This document shows positions 59,104 to 64,000 of a DNA stretch of 64,000 nt, in pieces. This DNA is from Alphaproteobacteria bacterium. GTDB taxonomy: Bacteria; Pseudomonadota; Alphaproteobacteria; Bin95. The stretch spans positions 1,600,001 to 1,664,000 of the forward strand of contig OZ219787.1 in the NCBI GenBank assembly GCA_964291285.2. The letters are read 5' to 3'. The translations under genes were made by a program, and so were the position numbers. Each line of letters opens with the position of its first letter. Position 1 is the stretch's first letter. Below the pieces are notes generated by a model. That model was not told the origin of the DNA. It did not search any database and saw only the letters and a program-made list of their open reading frames with translations.

Positions 59104-61284
59104 TGGCGGCGCGCTTGGGGAGCCTGTCGGCGGTGCGGAGATGGGCGGCGTTCGCCTTCGCCGGCCTCGCGGCGTTTTCCGGAGTGCTTACCTATCTGGC
59201 GATGACCGGCGCGGTGCCCTTCATTCCGCCGACTGTCGACAATGTCGTCATCCTGCTGGTTGTCGATCTCGTCTTGCTGGTCCTGCTGGCGTCGGTGGTC
59301 GGATACCGGATGGCGGCGCTGTGGAGAGAACGTCGCCGCCGCCGCGGGGGTTCCCAGCTCCATGTGCGCCTCGCCGTGCTGTTCACCGCGGTCGCGCTGG
59401 TACCGACCGTGCTCGTTGCGCTGTTTACCGTGCTCTTCTTCGACTACGGCCTGCACGGATGGTTCAGCCAGCGGGTGCAAACCGCCCTCGACCGGTCGCT
59501 CGCGGTTGCCGAGGCCTATGTCGAAGAGCACAGGCGTGTGCTCGTCTCGGACGCGCTGGCCATGGCGAACGATCTGAGCCGCGGCGGTCCGCTGCTGTTC
59601 GCCAACACACGGGCCCTCGAGAACGTCCTCGAATCGCAGGCCGGCGCTAGGTCTCTCTCCGACGCCCAGGTTCTCGAGGCGGGAGGACGGGTGCTGGCGC
59701 GCTCGATGTTTTCGTTCGGCGTGGTCTTTTCGCCCGTGCCCGAATGGGCACTGGAGGCGGCCCGGCGCGGCGAGGTCGCCATTCTGGAGGACAGGGACGG
59801 AGACCGGCTCGGCGCCCTGCTGCGCATCGCCGGCCTCGATGAGACGTTCCTCTATATCGGGCGGTATGTGGACCCTATCGTGGTCAACCAGGTCACTCGG
59901 GTGCGCTCGGCCGTGGCGGAATATGAATCGTTCGAGGGGCAGCGCACGACAATCGAATACACATTCGCGATGATGTTCGCGACAGTGGCTGCCCTGTTCG
60001 TGTTCGCCGCGATCTGGGTGGGGTTCAACATGGCCGCACAGCTGGCGGAGCCGATCACGAACCTCATCTCGGCAGCCAACCAGGTGCGGGGCGGAGACCT
60101 GACCGCGCGGGTGCGGGTCGGCACGAGGGAAGGCGGCGAGATCGATGCGCTGGGCCGGGCTTTCAACCGCATGACCGATCAGCTGGGCCGCCAGCGGACC
60201 GCACTCATCGACGCAAATCTCGAGCTGGAGGAACGGCGGCGGTTCACGGAAGCCGTCCTGGCCGGCGTTGCGGTCGGTGTGGTCGGGCTGGATGCAGAAC
60301 GCCGGGTGCATCTGCCGAACAGGGTCGCTTCCGACCTGCTTGGAGTGGACCTGATGGAACATCTCGACCGCCCGCTGATCGACGTCGTGCCCGCGTTCGG
60401 CGCGGCTCTGGAAGAAGCGGCCCGGCGGCCCGACCGGTCCGTCGAAACCGAGGTTGCAATAGAGCGCAACCGCGAACTGCGCACCTTCCAGCTTCGCGTC
60501 ACCGCGGAACCTTCGCCCGACAGGCTGGGCGGCTTTGTGCTCACATTCGCGGACATAACCGACCTGCAGTCCGCGCAGCGCATGGCCGCGTGGTCCGACG
60601 TTGCGCGCCGCATCGCCCACGAGATCAAGAATCCGCTGACCCCGATCCAGCTCGCCGCAGAGCGTCTCCGCCGGCGCTATGCCAGGGAGATCAAGGACGA
60701 CCCCGAGACGTTCTCGCTGTGCATCGACACCATCGTGCGCCAGGTGGACGACATGCGCCGGATGGTCGACGAGTTCGCATCCTTCGCCCGCATGCCGGCT
60801 CCTGCGCCAGCAGAGGCGGACCTCGCCGACATCGTCCGCCGGGCCGTCTTTCTGCAACGGGAAGCCGCCACCGGCCTCGATATCGAAATGCGCCTCCCCG
60901 ATGGTCCCGTCCTGCAGGTCTGCGATGCGCAATTGCTTGGCCAGGCCTTAACCAACCTTCTTCTGAATGCCATTCAGGCGCTTGAGAACAGCGACGGCAG
61001 CCGCATCCTCGTGGCGCTTTGCGAGTCGCCCGAGCGGACCGAGATATTGGTGGAAGACGACGGGCCCGGCTTTCCCGCGGAGTTGCGCCACCGGTTGACC
61101 GAACCCTATGTCACGACCAAGGGACGGCGCGGCGCGGGTCTCGGACTTGCCATCGTCCAGAAGATCGTCGAGGATCAGGACGCGGCGCTTCATCTGGAGG
61201 ATGGCGAGGCTGGCGGCGCCCGCGCGCGGATCGTGTTCCCGCGCGGAGAAGCCGCCCTGGAGCCGGAACGGGGCCGACACCACG

Positions 61285-61292
<8 letters not shown>
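59103..61292 (+). CDS. ntrY: Sensor kinase NtrY
   Basis: TM segments, HAMP, PAS, '[25 protein letters not shown]'; TGATG overlap with ntrC. Confidence 0.93.
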
Positions 61293-62667
<1,375 letters not shown>

Positions 62668-62677
62668 CGGTGCGGCC

Positions 62678-64000
62678 ATGCGCGTGATCGTTTGCGGCGC
62701 CGGCCAAGTCGGCATGAATATCGCCCGGTACCTGGCGGCCGAGCGCAACGACGTGACTATCGTGGACCGGTCTTCCGAACTGATCGAGCAGTTGGCGGAA
62801 ACCCTGGATATCCGGGCGGTCGCCGGTCACGCCTCCAGTCCCGATGTGCTGGCCCGGGCCGGCGCGGAAGATGCGGACATGCTGATTGCGGTCACGCTTG
62901 TCGACGAGATCAACATGATTGCGTGCCAGGTCGCGCATTCGCTGTTCAACATCCCGACCAAGATCGCCCGTATCCGCCGTCCGTCCTATCTCGACGGCCA
63001 CTGGGCCGACCTGTTTGCGCGGGAGGGGATGCCGATCGACACGGTCATTTCTCCCGAACGCGAGGTCGCGAGTGCGATCATGCGCAGACTGTCCCGGCCG
63101 GGCGCAACCGAGATGATCCCGTTTGCCGACGGGCGGGTCCGCCTGATCGGCGTCCGCCTCGACGACAACTGCCCGATCGTCAATACGCCGCTGCGGCAGC
63201 TGACGGCGCTGTTCCCGGACCTGAACATCAATGTCGTCGGCATTATCCGCGCAGAGCGGAAATTCGTTCCCAAGGCGCGCGACCAGATGCTGGTCGGGGA
63301 CGAGGTCTATTTCGTCGTGGACAACGCCCATGTGACGCGCGCAATGGCGGCATTCGGCCATGAGGAGCGTGAGGCCGAGCGCGCGGTCATAATCGGCGGC
63401 GGCAATATCGGGCACCGGCTCGCGAGCCTGATTGAGGAGGAGCTTCCGCATGTGCGCCTTCGCCTGATCGAGCGCGACCGCGAGAAGGCCGCGGAACTCA
63501 CCGATACCTTGCGGCGGACCACCGTATTGCAGGGCGATGCGCTCTCCGAAGACCTTCTGGAAGAGGCCAATTTCGAAAATGCGGATCTGACGATCGCGCT
63601 GACGGACGACGACGAGACCAACATCCTGGCTTCGCTGCTGGCGAAGCGGGCCGGGTCGTCGCGCACGGTCGCGCTTATAAACAAGTCCGCCTACAGCGCG
63701 CTGATAAGCCCGCTCGACATCGATGTCGTCATCAATCCCCGGGCGATCACCGTATCCCAGATCCTGCAGCATGTGCGCCGCGGGCGGGTTCTCGCGGCCT
63801 TTTCGATAGGAGACGATTTCGGTGAGGCGCTGGAGGTTGAAATCCTCGAAACATCCGTGGTGGCGGACAAGGACCTGAGGGTGCTCAAGATGCCTGCCGG
63901 TTCCATCGTGGGAGCGATTCTGCGCGGTGACGAGGTCGTGATCCCGCGCGGGCGCACCATGATCCGCGCGGGAGACCGGGTCGTGCTGTTCTCCATGGCT
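62678..64000 (+). CDS. trkA: Trk potassium uptake NAD-binding subunit (3' truncated by window)
   Basis: ATG 62678 gives MRVIVCGAGQVG; second Rossmann motif GGGNIG; usual position after ntrX; absent from the ORF track because no stop falls in the window. Confidence 0.92.
   Translation, partial: MRVIVCGAGQVGMNIARYLAAERNDVTIVDRSSELIEQLAETLDIRAVAGHASSPDVLARAGAEDADMLIAVTLVDEINMIACQVAHSLFNIPTKIARIRRPSYLDGHWADLFAREGMPIDTVISPEREVASAIMRRLSRPGATEMIPFADGRVRLIGVRLDDNCPIVNTPLRQLTALFPDLNINVVGIIRAERKFVPKARDQMLVGDEVYFVVDNAHVTRAMAAFGHEEREAERAVIIGGGNIGHRLASLIEEELPHVRLRLIERDREKAAELTDTLRRTTVLQGDALSEDLLEEANFENADLTIALTDDDETNILASLLAKRAGSSRTVALINKSAYSALISPLDIDVVINPRAITVSQILQHVRRGRVLAAFSIGDDFGEALEVEILETSVVADKDLRVLKMPAGSIVGAILRGDEVVIPRGRTMIRAGDRVVLFSMA

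Overview
High-GC bacterial chromosome segment, most likely alphaproteobacterial (ispDF next to ntrB-ntrC-ntrY-ntrX-trkA; def-fmt-truA; htpG; purD/xseA). It mixes housekeeping genes with catabolic and transport clusters: a pyrimidine-degradation operon led by a Mer-like LLM oxidoreductase, an enolase/CMD/FAH/2xVOC/CoA-transferase operon, a Dpp-type ABC system and a GcvT-like demethylase with a GlxA-type regulator. One tRNA-Glu(CUC) is present. The main finding is an ~8.2-kb integrative element (16808-25013) bounded by a duplicated 7-bp core (ACACCAG) with subterminal 10-bp inverted repeats. It splits a malate/lactate dehydrogenase (Ldh_2) gene, and removing it restores a 364-aa ORF. It encodes two translationally coupled tyrosine recombinases plus a surface-display cargo (porin, TbpB-like lipoprotein, Slam/type XI secretion translocon) preceded by a (GAGGCGC)n tandem repeat. 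A second finding is a ~500-bp, largely non-coding element present as two diverged inverted copies (~39650-40150 and ~52190-52710), with collinear conserved motifs and 10-bp-phased CATGACA repeats. All protein assignments come from motif recognition by eye; no database searches were run.
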